A stretch of 64,000 nt of DNA from assembly GCF_036402095.1 (NCBI RefSeq), contig NZ_DASWTO010000055.1, positions 9,045 through 73,044 of the forward strand, read 5' to 3'. Positions 56,974 through 64,000 of this stretch are shown here, piece by piece (position 1 is the stretch's first letter; every line of letters begins with the position of its first letter). Source of the stretch: Brevundimonas sp. GTDB lineage: Bacteria > Pseudomonadota > Alphaproteobacteria > Caulobacterales > Caulobacteraceae. The position numbers and the translations under genes are program-made. The notes beneath the pieces were generated by a model, which saw only the letters and a program-made list of their open reading frames with translations, made no database searches and was not told where the DNA came from.

Positions 56974-58124
56974 TGCCCGGAAAACCAAACGCGAAGCCAG
57001 CGCGGCCCTGGTTCTCGTCAGGACCGACGGCGAAGCGGCCTGGCTGGTCCAGCCAGGCCATCCCGCATGAGCTGCTGGGCCGCGGCATTCGCGCGCCCGA
57101 GGTGGTGGAACGGTTCGCCCACGGACTGCGCCTGACCCGCGATCTCCTGCAAGTTCCGGCGGATTGGCGGCTGGTCTATGTACCCGGTTCCGACACCGGT
57201 GCGGTGGAGGCGGCGCTGTGGTCTATGCTCGGGGAGCGGCCGGTCCAGGTGCTCGCATTCGAGAATTTCGGTCAGGTCTGGGCCAGCGATCTTCGCGACC
57301 ACCTGAAGCTGGATCCTGAAATCCTTGGCGCCCCTTGGGGCGGATTCCCGGATGTGTCGAGGGTCGATCCGGCCAAGGACCTCGTCCTCCCCTGGAACGG
57401 GACGACATCAGGCGTAAGGGCGCCCGACGGCGACTGGATCGCGGCCGATCGCACCGGCCTCGTGATCTGCGACGCCACCTCCGCCGCCTTCGCCATGCCG
57501 CTGCCGTGGGACCGGCTGGACGTCGTCACCTTCAGCTTCCAGAAGGCACTCGGGGGCGAGGCAGGCCTGGGCGTGGCGGCCCTGTCGCCGGGCGCCGTGG
57601 CCCGGCTCGATCGCTACACGCCACCCCGTCCGATACCCAAGGTCCTGCGCCTGAGGAACGGCGACGGCTTCGACCCGACGCTGGCCGCGGGCTCGATGAT
57701 CAACACCTTCTCGGTCTGGACCATCGAGGACTGGATCGACGGCGTCGAATGGGGGCTGTCGATCGGCGGACTGCCGGCGTTGATCGCCCGCACCGACCGG
57801 AATGCGGCGGCCCTTGACGCCTGGGTCCGGCGCACGGACTGGATCGACTACCTCGCCCTCGACCCGGCGACGCGGTCGACGACGTCGGTTTGTCTCAAAT
57901 TCGTCGATCCGCGCGTGACGGTGCTGGACGAGCCGGCGCGGCAGGCGCTGGTCAAGCGGATGAAGGCGTTCCTGGAGGCTGAAGAGGCAGGCTTCGACAT
58001 CGAGAGCCATCGCAACGCTCCGGCGGGGCTGCGGGTCTGGTGCGGCTGCACGGTCGATACGGCCGATATCGAAGCCCTGACGCCGTGGCTCGAATGGGCC
58101 TTCGAGACGGCGCTGGCGGAATAA
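56973..58124 (+). CDS. serC: phosphoserine aminotransferase (alphaproteobacterial long form)
   Basis: KPARPWFSSGPTAKRPGW, DTGAVEAALWS, ICDATSAAFA and VVTFSFQKALGGE (PLP lysine). TGATG coupling to the upstream gene. Confidence 0.88.
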   Translation: MPGKPNAKPARPWFSSGPTAKRPGWSSQAIPHELLGRGIRAPEVVERFAHGLRLTRDLLQVPADWRLVYVPGSDTGAVEAALWSMLGERPVQVLAFENFGQVWASDLRDHLKLDPEILGAPWGGFPDVSRVDPAKDLVLPWNGTTSGVRAPDGDWIAADRTGLVICDATSAAFAMPLPWDRLDVVTFSFQKALGGEAGLGVAALSPGAVARLDRYTPPRPIPKVLRLRNGDGFDPTLAAGSMINTFSVWTIEDWIDGVEWGLSIGGLPALIARTDRNAAALDAWVRRTDWIDYLALDPATRSTTSVCLKFVDPRVTVLDEPARQALVKRMKAFLEAEEAGFDIESHRNAPAGLRVWCGCTVDTADIEALTPWLEWAFETALAE

Positions 58125-58207
58125 TCCGCCCCTTCGGGACGACACCGCCCGATTCCCCCGCTATAGGCTGCGCCCGCATTCCGAAGTCCCGGTAGCGGAG
58201 AAACGTC

Positions 58208-59503
58208 TTGGCGAACGTCGCGGTGGTCGGCGCCCAGTGGGGCGACGAAGGCAAGGGCAAGATCGTCGACTGGCTGTCGAACCGGGCGGACGTCGTCGTG
58301 CGCTTCCAGGGCGGCCACAACGCGGGCCACACCCTCGTCGTCGACGGCAAGGTCTACAAGCTGGCGCTGCTGCCCAGCGGTGTCGTGCAGGGCAAGCCCT
58401 CGATCATCGGCAACGGCGTGGTCGTCGATCCCTGGCACCTCGTCGGGGAGATCGAGAAGATCGTGGAACAGGGGATCGCCATCAGCCCCGAGGTGCTGAT
58501 CGTCGCGGACAACGCCTGTCTGATCCTGCCCATCCACCCCGCGCTGGACGTGGCGCGTGAAGCGGCGGCGAGCGCGCCCGGCGCCCGGATCGGCACGACC
58601 GGCCGGGGCATCGGTCCCGCCTACGAAGACAAGGTCGGGCGGCGCGCGATCCGCGTCTGCGACCTCGCCAGCGCCGAGGATCTGAAGGTCAAGATCGAGC
58701 GTCTGCGCGCGCACCACGATCCGCTCAGGGCGGGTCTCGGCCTCGAGCCGATCGATCCGGAGGCGCTGCTGCGGCAGCTGCTGGAGATCGCTCCGAAGAT
58801 CCTTCCCTACGTCCAGCCGGCCTGGCGCGTGCTCGACAAGGCGCGGCGCGACGGGAAACGCGTCCTGTTCGAAGGCGCGCAGGGCGCCTTCCTCGACGTG
58901 GACCATGGCACCTATCCCTATGTGACCAGCTCCAACACCGTGGCCGGCCAGGCGGCCGCGGGCGCAGGGATCGGCCCTCGCGGCGTCGGCTATGTGCTGG
59001 GCATCGTCAAGGCCTACACCACCCGCGTGGGCGAGGGGCCCTTCGCCTGCGAACTGAACGACGATGTCGGCCACCACCTGGCGACGGTCGGACGCGAGGT
59101 CGGCGTAAACACGGGCCGGGCGCGGCGTTGCGGCTGGTTCGACGCCGTTCTGGTGCGGCAGTCGGTAGCCATCAACGGCATCGACGGCATCGCCCTGACC
59201 AAGCTCGATGTGCTCGACGGCCTGAAGACGCTGAAGATCTGCACCGGCTACCGCATCGGCGGCGAGGTGCTGGACTATCTGCCGTCCAGCCTGAAGGACC
59301 AGGCCGCGGCGGAGCCTGTGTTCGAGGAGCTGGAAGGCTGGAGCGAAAGCACCGCCTCGGCCCGCAGCTTCAGGGACCTTAACGCCAACGCGATCAAGTA
59401 CGTCCGTCGTATCGAGGAGTTGATCGGCGCTCCCGTGGCCCTGTTGTCGACCAGTCCGGAACGGGATGACACCATCCTGATGCATGACCCGTTCCAGGGG
59501 TAG
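58208..59503 (+). CDS. purA: adenylosuccinate synthase
   Basis: [24 protein letters not shown] and [13 protein letters not shown] motifs. TTG start. Confidence 0.96.
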   Translation: MANVAVVGAQWGDEGKGKIVDWLSNRADVVVRFQGGHNAGHTLVVDGKVYKLALLPSGVVQGKPSIIGNGVVVDPWHLVGEIEKIVEQGIAISPEVLIVADNACLILPIHPALDVAREAAASAPGARIGTTGRGIGPAYEDKVGRRAIRVCDLASAEDLKVKIERLRAHHDPLRAGLGLEPIDPEALLRQLLEIAPKILPYVQPAWRVLDKARRDGKRVLFEGAQGAFLDVDHGTYPYVTSSNTVAGQAAAGAGIGPRGVGYVLGIVKAYTTRVGEGPFACELNDDVGHHLATVGREVGVNTGRARRCGWFDAVLVRQSVAINGIDGIALTKLDVLDGLKTLKICTGYRIGGEVLDYLPSSLKDQAAAEPVFEELEGWSESTASARSFRDLNANAIKYVRRIEELIGAPVALLSTSPERDDTILMHDPFQG

Positions 59504-59623
59504 GGGACCGACGAACTCCAGTGTTCAACGGCTCTTAACCGGCCACGGTTAAGGATGGCGTCCCCACCCGGAGGGCGCGTCTTGTTTGCTGTCGATCGTC
59601 GCTTGCTGGCGAAGCTGGCTCCC

Positions 59624-60388
59624 ATGCTGAAACGCGTCCTGGTCGTCGACCCGAACCCTCATGCCGCGCGTCTGCTCACTGAGATCATCAAGGGAATGGG
59701 CGCTGGCGAGATCGTGGTCGAGCCCAGCGAGCCTCGCGCCATGAAGGCGGCCGCGGCGCTGGAGCCGGGCATCATCTTCACCGAGCGCAACGGCGACAAC
59801 CTCGACGGCGAATCCCTGGCGCGGGCGGTGAGGCGATCGAGTCTTGCCTGCCGGCGTGCGCCGATCATCATGGTCACCGCCGATGCCACGGCCAGCACCA
59901 TCATCGGCGCGCGCGACAGCGGCGTGCACGAATTCCTCCGCAAGCCGTTTACGAGCGCGGATCTGCTCAAGCGGGTCGAGAACGTGGCGCTCAAGCCTCG
60001 CGACTGGGTCGAGGCCGTCGGCTACGTCGGGCCGGACAGGAGACGCTTCAACTCCGGCGAGTTCACCGGCGACCGCAAGCGCCGGGCTGACAAGCCGGTC
60101 AATGGCGCGGCGGCAATGGCGGCGGCCAAGGATCAGGCCATGCGCATCCTCGCGGCCGCCCTCGATCAGTTCGACAACGATCCCATGCAGGCCGTACGGG
60201 CCGTGCGGGAACAGGCCGCGACGCTGAAGTCCCTGGCCATGAAGGCGTCGGATTCGCGGCTGGCGGTGGCCGTCGGCGCGCTGGAAGTCACCTTGGCGTC
60301 CGGGCCTCCGTGCAAGGCGACTTTGGCCGCGCCGATCGGATCGCTGCTGGCCATGTCGCCGCCGGAGCCGATGAAGCGGGCCGGCTAG
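59624..60388 (+). CDS. atypical response-regulator receiver protein (Glu at phosphoacceptor position) with C-terminal helical extension
   Basis: A CheY-like fold pattern is present (VLVVD..., IIMVTAD, LRKPF). The acidic pocket reads DP rather than DD, and the D57-equivalent is E (IIFTERNGDNLDG). Confidence 0.7.
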   Translation: MLKRVLVVDPNPHAARLLTEIIKGMGAGEIVVEPSEPRAMKAAAALEPGIIFTERNGDNLDGESLARAVRRSSLACRRAPIIMVTADATASTIIGARDSGVHEFLRKPFTSADLLKRVENVALKPRDWVEAVGYVGPDRRRFNSGEFTGDRKRRADKPVNGAAAMAAAKDQAMRILAAALDQFDNDPMQAVRAVREQAATLKSLAMKASDSRLAVAVGALEVTLASGPPCKATLAAPIGSLLAMSPPEPMKRAG

Positions 60389-60408
60389 GCCCGTCTCCTC
60401 TCCGCGGA

Positions 60409-61296
60409 TCAGGCGTCGACCAGGTTCCGCTCTTCGGCCGCGGCCCGCATGGCCTTCTGCAGCTTCTCGAAGGCGCGCACCTCGATCTGGCGCACGCGCT
60501 CGCGCGAGACGCCGTACTGGCCGGCCAACTCCTCGAGCGTGACCGGGTCGTCCTTCAGGCGGCGCTCGGTGAGGATGTGTTTCTCGCGGTCGGTCAGCTC
60601 CTGCATGGCCTCCTCGAGCAGACCCATGCGGATCGACTTCTCCTCGTCCTCGGCCAGCTGGGTCTCCTGCGAGACTGCGGTGTCGTCCGCCAGCCAGTCC
60701 TGCCACTCGCTTTCGCCATCGGCGCGCAGGGGCGCGTTCAGCGAGGCGTCGCCGCCGAGGCGGCGGTTCATGTTGGTGACCTCTTCCTCGGACACGCCCA
60801 GCTTGGTGGCGATGGCCGAGAGATGTTCCGGACGCAGGTCGCCTTCCTCGAAGGCCGAAATCTGGCTCTTGGCCTTGCGCAGGTTGAAGAACAGCTTCTT
60901 CTGCGCGGCCGTAGTGCCCATCTTCACGAGCGACCAGCTGCGCAGGATGTATTCCTGGATCGAGGCGCGAATCCACCACATGGCGTAGGTCGCCAGGCGG
61001 AATCCCTTGTCCGGATCGAATTTCTTGACGGCCTGCATCAGGCCGACGTTGCCCTCGGAGATCACCTCGCCGATCGGCAGGCCGTAGCCGCGATAGCCCA
61101 TGGCGATCTTGGCCACGAGACGCAAATGCGACGTCACAAGACGATGCGCGGCCTCGGGGTCCTGGTGCTCGGTCCAGCGCTTGGCGAGCATAAACTCCTC
61201 GTCCTTCGCGAGCATCGGAAACTTGCGAATTTCAGTGAGGTATCGCGACAGTCCCTGTTCAGGCGACATCACCGCGAGCGATCTGGCAGCAGTCAT
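60409..61296 (-). CDS. rpoH: RNA polymerase sigma-32 (heat-shock sigma factor)
   Basis: An RpoH-box-like segment (QKKLFFNLRK) and sigma-70 regions 2-4. The ATG at 61296 is preceded by GGAGGGA. Confidence 0.93.
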   Translation of the reverse strand: MTAARSLAVMSPEQGLSRYLTEIRKFPMLAKDEEFMLAKRWTEHQDPEAAHRLVTSHLRLVAKIAMGYRGYGLPIGEVISEGNVGLMQAVKKFDPDKGFRLATYAMWWIRASIQEYILRSWSLVKMGTTAAQKKLFFNLRKAKSQISAFEEGDLRPEHLSAIATKLGVSEEEVTNMNRRLGGDASLNAPLRADGESEWQDWLADDTAVSQETQLAEDEEKSIRMGLLEEAMQELTDREKHILTERRLKDDPVTLEELAGQYGVSRERVRQIEVRAFEKLQKAMRAAAEERNLVDA

Positions 61297-61379
61297 ATGG
61301 TCCCTCCGACCGAAAGTACGAGCGGGCTCCGCGGAGATGGCCACCGGATGTGCGCCGTCACCTCGCCCCTCAACCGGTG

Positions 61380-61410
61380 AGATAGGGTCGGGTTTCCGCA
61401 TTTGTCAGAG
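61380..61410 (-). promoter_or_regulatory. candidate sigma-32-type promoter upstream of rpoH
   Basis: On the minus strand it reads CTCTGACAAA-N13-CCCTATCT, which resembles the sigma-32 consensus (CTTGAAA ... CCCCATNT). This is a by-eye match only. Confidence 0.3.
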
Positions 61411-61520
61411 GCGGATCGTCACACGGAAGCGTGACCGTTGCCCCGGCGCCACTGCACCGAACGAGTGAGTGTATAGCGTAGAGTGCGTCTTTAATCAAGA
61501 CTGACTTCTTTTGCGGCGTT

Positions 61521-62519
61521 TCAGAGCGCCTGAAGCAGGCTTTCGAGCTCGCCCATGTCCCGGGGCGGCGCGGTCTCGAAACGCAGCGCGTCTCCCGTCA
61601 CAGGGTGCGCGAATCCCAACACCGCCGCGTGCAGCGCCTGACGCTTCAGTCCGGATTTGGCGATTGCGGCCTGGACGGCCGTGGCCGGGCTGCCCGTGCC
61701 GTAAACCGGATCACCCAGGATGGGCACCCCCTTTGACGCCAGATGCACGCGGATCTGGTGGGTCCGCCCGGTATGCAAGGTGCAGGCGACGCGGCCGGCC
61801 AGCGGGGCGCCGCCTGCCTTTGCCGGCAGCCCGAAGACCCTCTCGACGACGTAGTCGGTGACGGCGTTGCGGCCGCCGCTCCTGAGCACGGCCATCTTTT
61901 TCCGGTCCGACGACGATCGCCCGATCAGCGTCTCGATCCGGCCTTTGGCGGGGCTCGGCGCGCCCCGGGTCAGGGCGATGTAGGTGCGTTCGATGTCATG
62001 GGTGGCGAACAGCGCCGACAGGCCGGCATGGGCGCGATCTGACTTGGCGGCGACCATCACCCCCGAGGTGTCCTTGTCCAGCCGGTGCACGATTCCGGGC
62101 CGGGCCACGCCGCCGATCCCGGACAGCGAGGCCCCGCAATGGGCCAGCAGCGCGTTGACCAGAGTGCCGGTCTCGGAGCCGGGAGCGGGGTGCGCGGCCA
62201 TGCCGGCCGGCTTGTCGACGACGATCAGGTCGGCGTCCTCAAACAGCACCGTCAGCGGGATGGCCTCCGGCGCGGGCGTCGCAGAGATCACGGGCGGCAC
62301 GATGATCGTGTACAGCCCCGCCTGCACCCTGGCGGATCCGGTGGAGATGACTTCGCCGTCGCGGCGGATCGAGCCTTCGGTCAGCAGGGCCTGGATGCGC
62401 GCCCGCGACACACCCGGAAAGGCATCGGCCAGAGCCTTGTCGAGGCGGCCGCCGCCAGCTTCCAGCCGGGCTTCCAGCACAGTCGCGTCGTCGTCTTCGA
62501 TCAGGGGTTCGTCGGACAC
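61521..62519 (-). CDS. rluD: RluA/RluD-family 23S rRNA pseudouridine synthase
   Basis: An S4 domain plus the HRLDKDTSGVMV catalytic motif. Start taken at the GTG at 62519, which is uncertain. Confidence 0.86.
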   Translation of the reverse strand: MSDEPLIEDDDATVLEARLEAGGGRLDKALADAFPGVSRARIQALLTEGSIRRDGEVISTGSARVQAGLYTIIVPPVISATPAPEAIPLTVLFEDADLIVVDKPAGMAAHPAPGSETGTLVNALLAHCGASLSGIGGVARPGIVHRLDKDTSGVMVAAKSDRAHAGLSALFATHDIERTYIALTRGAPSPAKGRIETLIGRSSSDRKKMAVLRSGGRNAVTDYVVERVFGLPAKAGGAPLAGRVACTLHTGRTHQIRVHLASKGVPILGDPVYGTGSPATAVQAAIAKSGLKRQALHAAVLGFAHPVTGDALRFETAPPRDMGELESLLQAL

Positions 62520-62646
62520 CGGGCGCTCCACCGCCGGACGAGGCGGTCCGCGATCTAGCACGGGGTGCACGCGAACCGGCAAGCCGCAAGCTTGGCTGTC
62601 AGCCGCTTTTCCGTCATGGTGAACGGGGTTATCCGGGGGCGGGGCA

Positions 62647-63285
62647 ATGAAACGTTTGATCATCGCGGCGGCGGTCGGCGGCGCCGCCTTGGCTCTCGGC
62701 AGCTGCGAGACCATGAGCGCCGAGCAGTGCATGGCGGGGGACTGGTCGGGGCAGGGCTATGCTGACGGCCAGTCGGGCCTGACCATGAGCCGTCTGGACG
62801 AGCACGCCGAAGCCTGCGCCAAGCACGGCGTCACGCCCGACGCCGCCGCCTACGCCTCGGGTCGCCGCCAGGGCCTGCTGCAATACTGTACGCCTCACAG
62901 AGGGTTCGAGGTCGGGCGCAACGGCTCGGGCTACGCCGGCGTCTGTCCCGCTGATCTGGAAGCGGACTTCATGCCGGCCTACCGCGACGGGCAGCTCGTC
63001 CATGAGGTCGAGGCGGCGCTGGCAAGCGCCCGCAGCCGGGTCGACAGCCTCGGGGCCCGCCTTGAGGAGCTCGATGACAAGATCGCGGCGAAGCAGGCCG
63101 AGGCTCGCGCGGACGGCCTCACTGACGAGCAGCGCGAGGCCATCCGCAACCGCATTCAGGAAATCCGCCGCGAGCGCGCCGACACGGAGCGCGACTGGCG
63201 GCGTGCTCAGGATGAGGTCGACGACGCCGAGCGCGACGTCCGTGACGTGCGCTGGCGTTTCAGGGACCAATACGGCAGTTGGTGA
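62647..63285 (+). CDS. DUF2799-like lipoprotein with C-terminal coiled coil
   Basis: Lipobox ALGSC. The repeated pattern C..GDW...G..DG..G is present, and the tail is charged and helical. Confidence 0.6.
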   Translation: MKRLIIAAAVGGAALALGSCETMSAEQCMAGDWSGQGYADGQSGLTMSRLDEHAEACAKHGVTPDAAAYASGRRQGLLQYCTPHRGFEVGRNGSGYAGVCPADLEADFMPAYRDGQLVHEVEAALASARSRVDSLGARLEELDDKIAAKQAEARADGLTDEQREAIRNRIQEIRRERADTERDWRRAQDEVDDAERDVRDVRWRFRDQYGSW

Positions 63286-63289
63286 CGGC

Positions 63290-64000
63290 TCAGGCCGCCT
63301 TCTTCTCCAGCTTCTTCTCCCACTGGCCCAGCGAGGCCAGGCCGTTCATGCGGGCGCGGTGGTGGAAGGCCGCCTGACAGGCGACGGCGTTCTCGGCCTT
63401 GCCCGACCAGGCGCGCTGCGGCGAGGCCTGGAGCGCGCGGCCATAGGAGAAAGTCATCTTCCATGGGAAGCCGCCGATGCGGTTCATGGCGTCGAGGTGG
63501 GCGGTGGCCTGCTCATCGGTCTGGCCGCCCGAGAGATAGGCGATGCCCGGCACCGACGAGGGCACGGTCGCCTTCAAGGCGGCGATGGTGCGCTCGGCGA
63601 CCTCATGCACCTTGGCCTGGCGGACGCTGCCCTTGCCGGAAATGACCATGTTCGGCTTGAGGACGATGCCCTCCAGCGCCACGCGCTGCTCGTACAGTTC
63701 CTGGAACACCGTCTGCAGGGTCCAGCGCGTGACCTCGTCGCAGCGGGCGATGTCGTGAGAGCCGTCCATCAGCACCTCCGGCTCGACGATCGGTACGATC
63801 TGCTCCTGCTGGCAGATGCGGGCGTAACGGGCGAGGGCGTGGGCGTTGGATTTGACGCAGCCCCAGGTCGGGATGCCGTCGGCGATATCGATCACCGCGC
63901 GCCATTTGGCGAACCGCGCGCCGCGCTCGTAATGGGCGCGCAGGCGCTTCGACAAGCCGTCCAACCCCTTGGTCACCGTCTCCCCGGGGAAGCCCGCCAT
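63290..64000 (-). CDS. fba: class I fructose-bisphosphate aldolase (5' end outside the window)
   Basis: LEGIVLKPNMV (Schiff-base Lys region) and YLSGGQTDEQATAHLDAMN...FSYGRALQ motifs. The ORF runs off the window edge. Confidence 0.88.
   Translation of the reverse strand: MAGFPGETVTKGLDGLSKRLRAHYERGARFAKWRAVIDIADGIPTWGCVKSNAHALARYARICQQEQIVPIVEPEVLMDGSHDIARCDEVTRWTLQTVFQELYEQRVALEGIVLKPNMVISGKGSVRQAKVHEVAERTIAALKATVPSSVPGIAYLSGGQTDEQATAHLDAMNRIGGFPWKMTFSYGRALQASPQRAWSGKAENAVACQAAFHHRARMNGLASLGQWEKKLEKKAA

Noticed and set aside
59534-59553. Hairpin CTTAACCG-gcca-CGGTTAAG after purA.
   Set aside because: It is a perfect 8-bp stem, but no U-tract follows and no obvious function is apparent. It could be a weak terminator or chance.
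1-64000. tRNA, rRNA, tmRNA, RNase P, SRP RNA, CRISPR arrays, IS elements.
   Set aside because: I scanned intergenic regions by eye for T-loop (GGTTCGAATCC-type) motifs, for RNase P (GAGGAAAGTCC) and SRP (GGTCAGGTCCGGAAGGAAGCAGCC) cores, for regular direct repeats and for transposase-like ORFs. None was convincing. A computational scan (tRNAscan-SE, Infernal, CRISPR finders) would be needed to be definitive.

Overview
High-GC alphaproteobacterial chromosomal window. The gene content (MucR/Ros, DUF2336 paralogs, fliI-fliJ, rluD next to rpoH, an RcGTA-type cluster) points to a Caulobacterales-like organism, but that is an inference. Most of the window is ordinary housekeeping: a GST and glutathione-dependent formaldehyde detoxification genes (adhC, fghA), cobB, an Mn-type SOD, rpsD, grxD/bolA, map, radC, cysK, serC, purA, rpoH, rluD and a class I aldolase. 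The many long Arg/Pro/Gly/Ala-rich ORFs in the six-frame track are antisense or off-frame shadows caused by GC bias, and I did not call them. I recognised no rRNA, tRNA, CRISPR array, transposase or integrase by eye.

Notable content:
1. A co-directional RcGTA-like gene transfer agent head-tail cluster lies at 42985-55956 (portal g3 through host-specificity g15). It starts directly at the portal with no terminase genes. Its otherwise tightly coupled + strand gene string is broken at two junctions by three minus-strand genes: two lipoproteins and one membrane protein. This is my top candidate for something new.
2. A translationally coupled HscC-like Hsp70 is paired with a polytopic membrane J-protein that carries HPE in place of HPD.
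3. A roughly 1160-aa serralysin-like (M10) plus PPC plus RTX protein sits divergent from fliI-fliJ, with no type I secretion genes in the window.
4. mucR is flanked by two DUF2336 paralogs, and one of them is coupled to a Pro/Ala-rich secreted protein containing a (GCA)7 repeat.
5. A G8 homopolymer splits a secreted-protein gene into two frames.
6. A 585-bp structured noncoding region lies upstream of a NitT/TauT-type ABC operon.
7. An atypical receiver protein has Glu at the phosphoacceptor position.

All functional calls come from motif and family recognition by eye. No database search was run.
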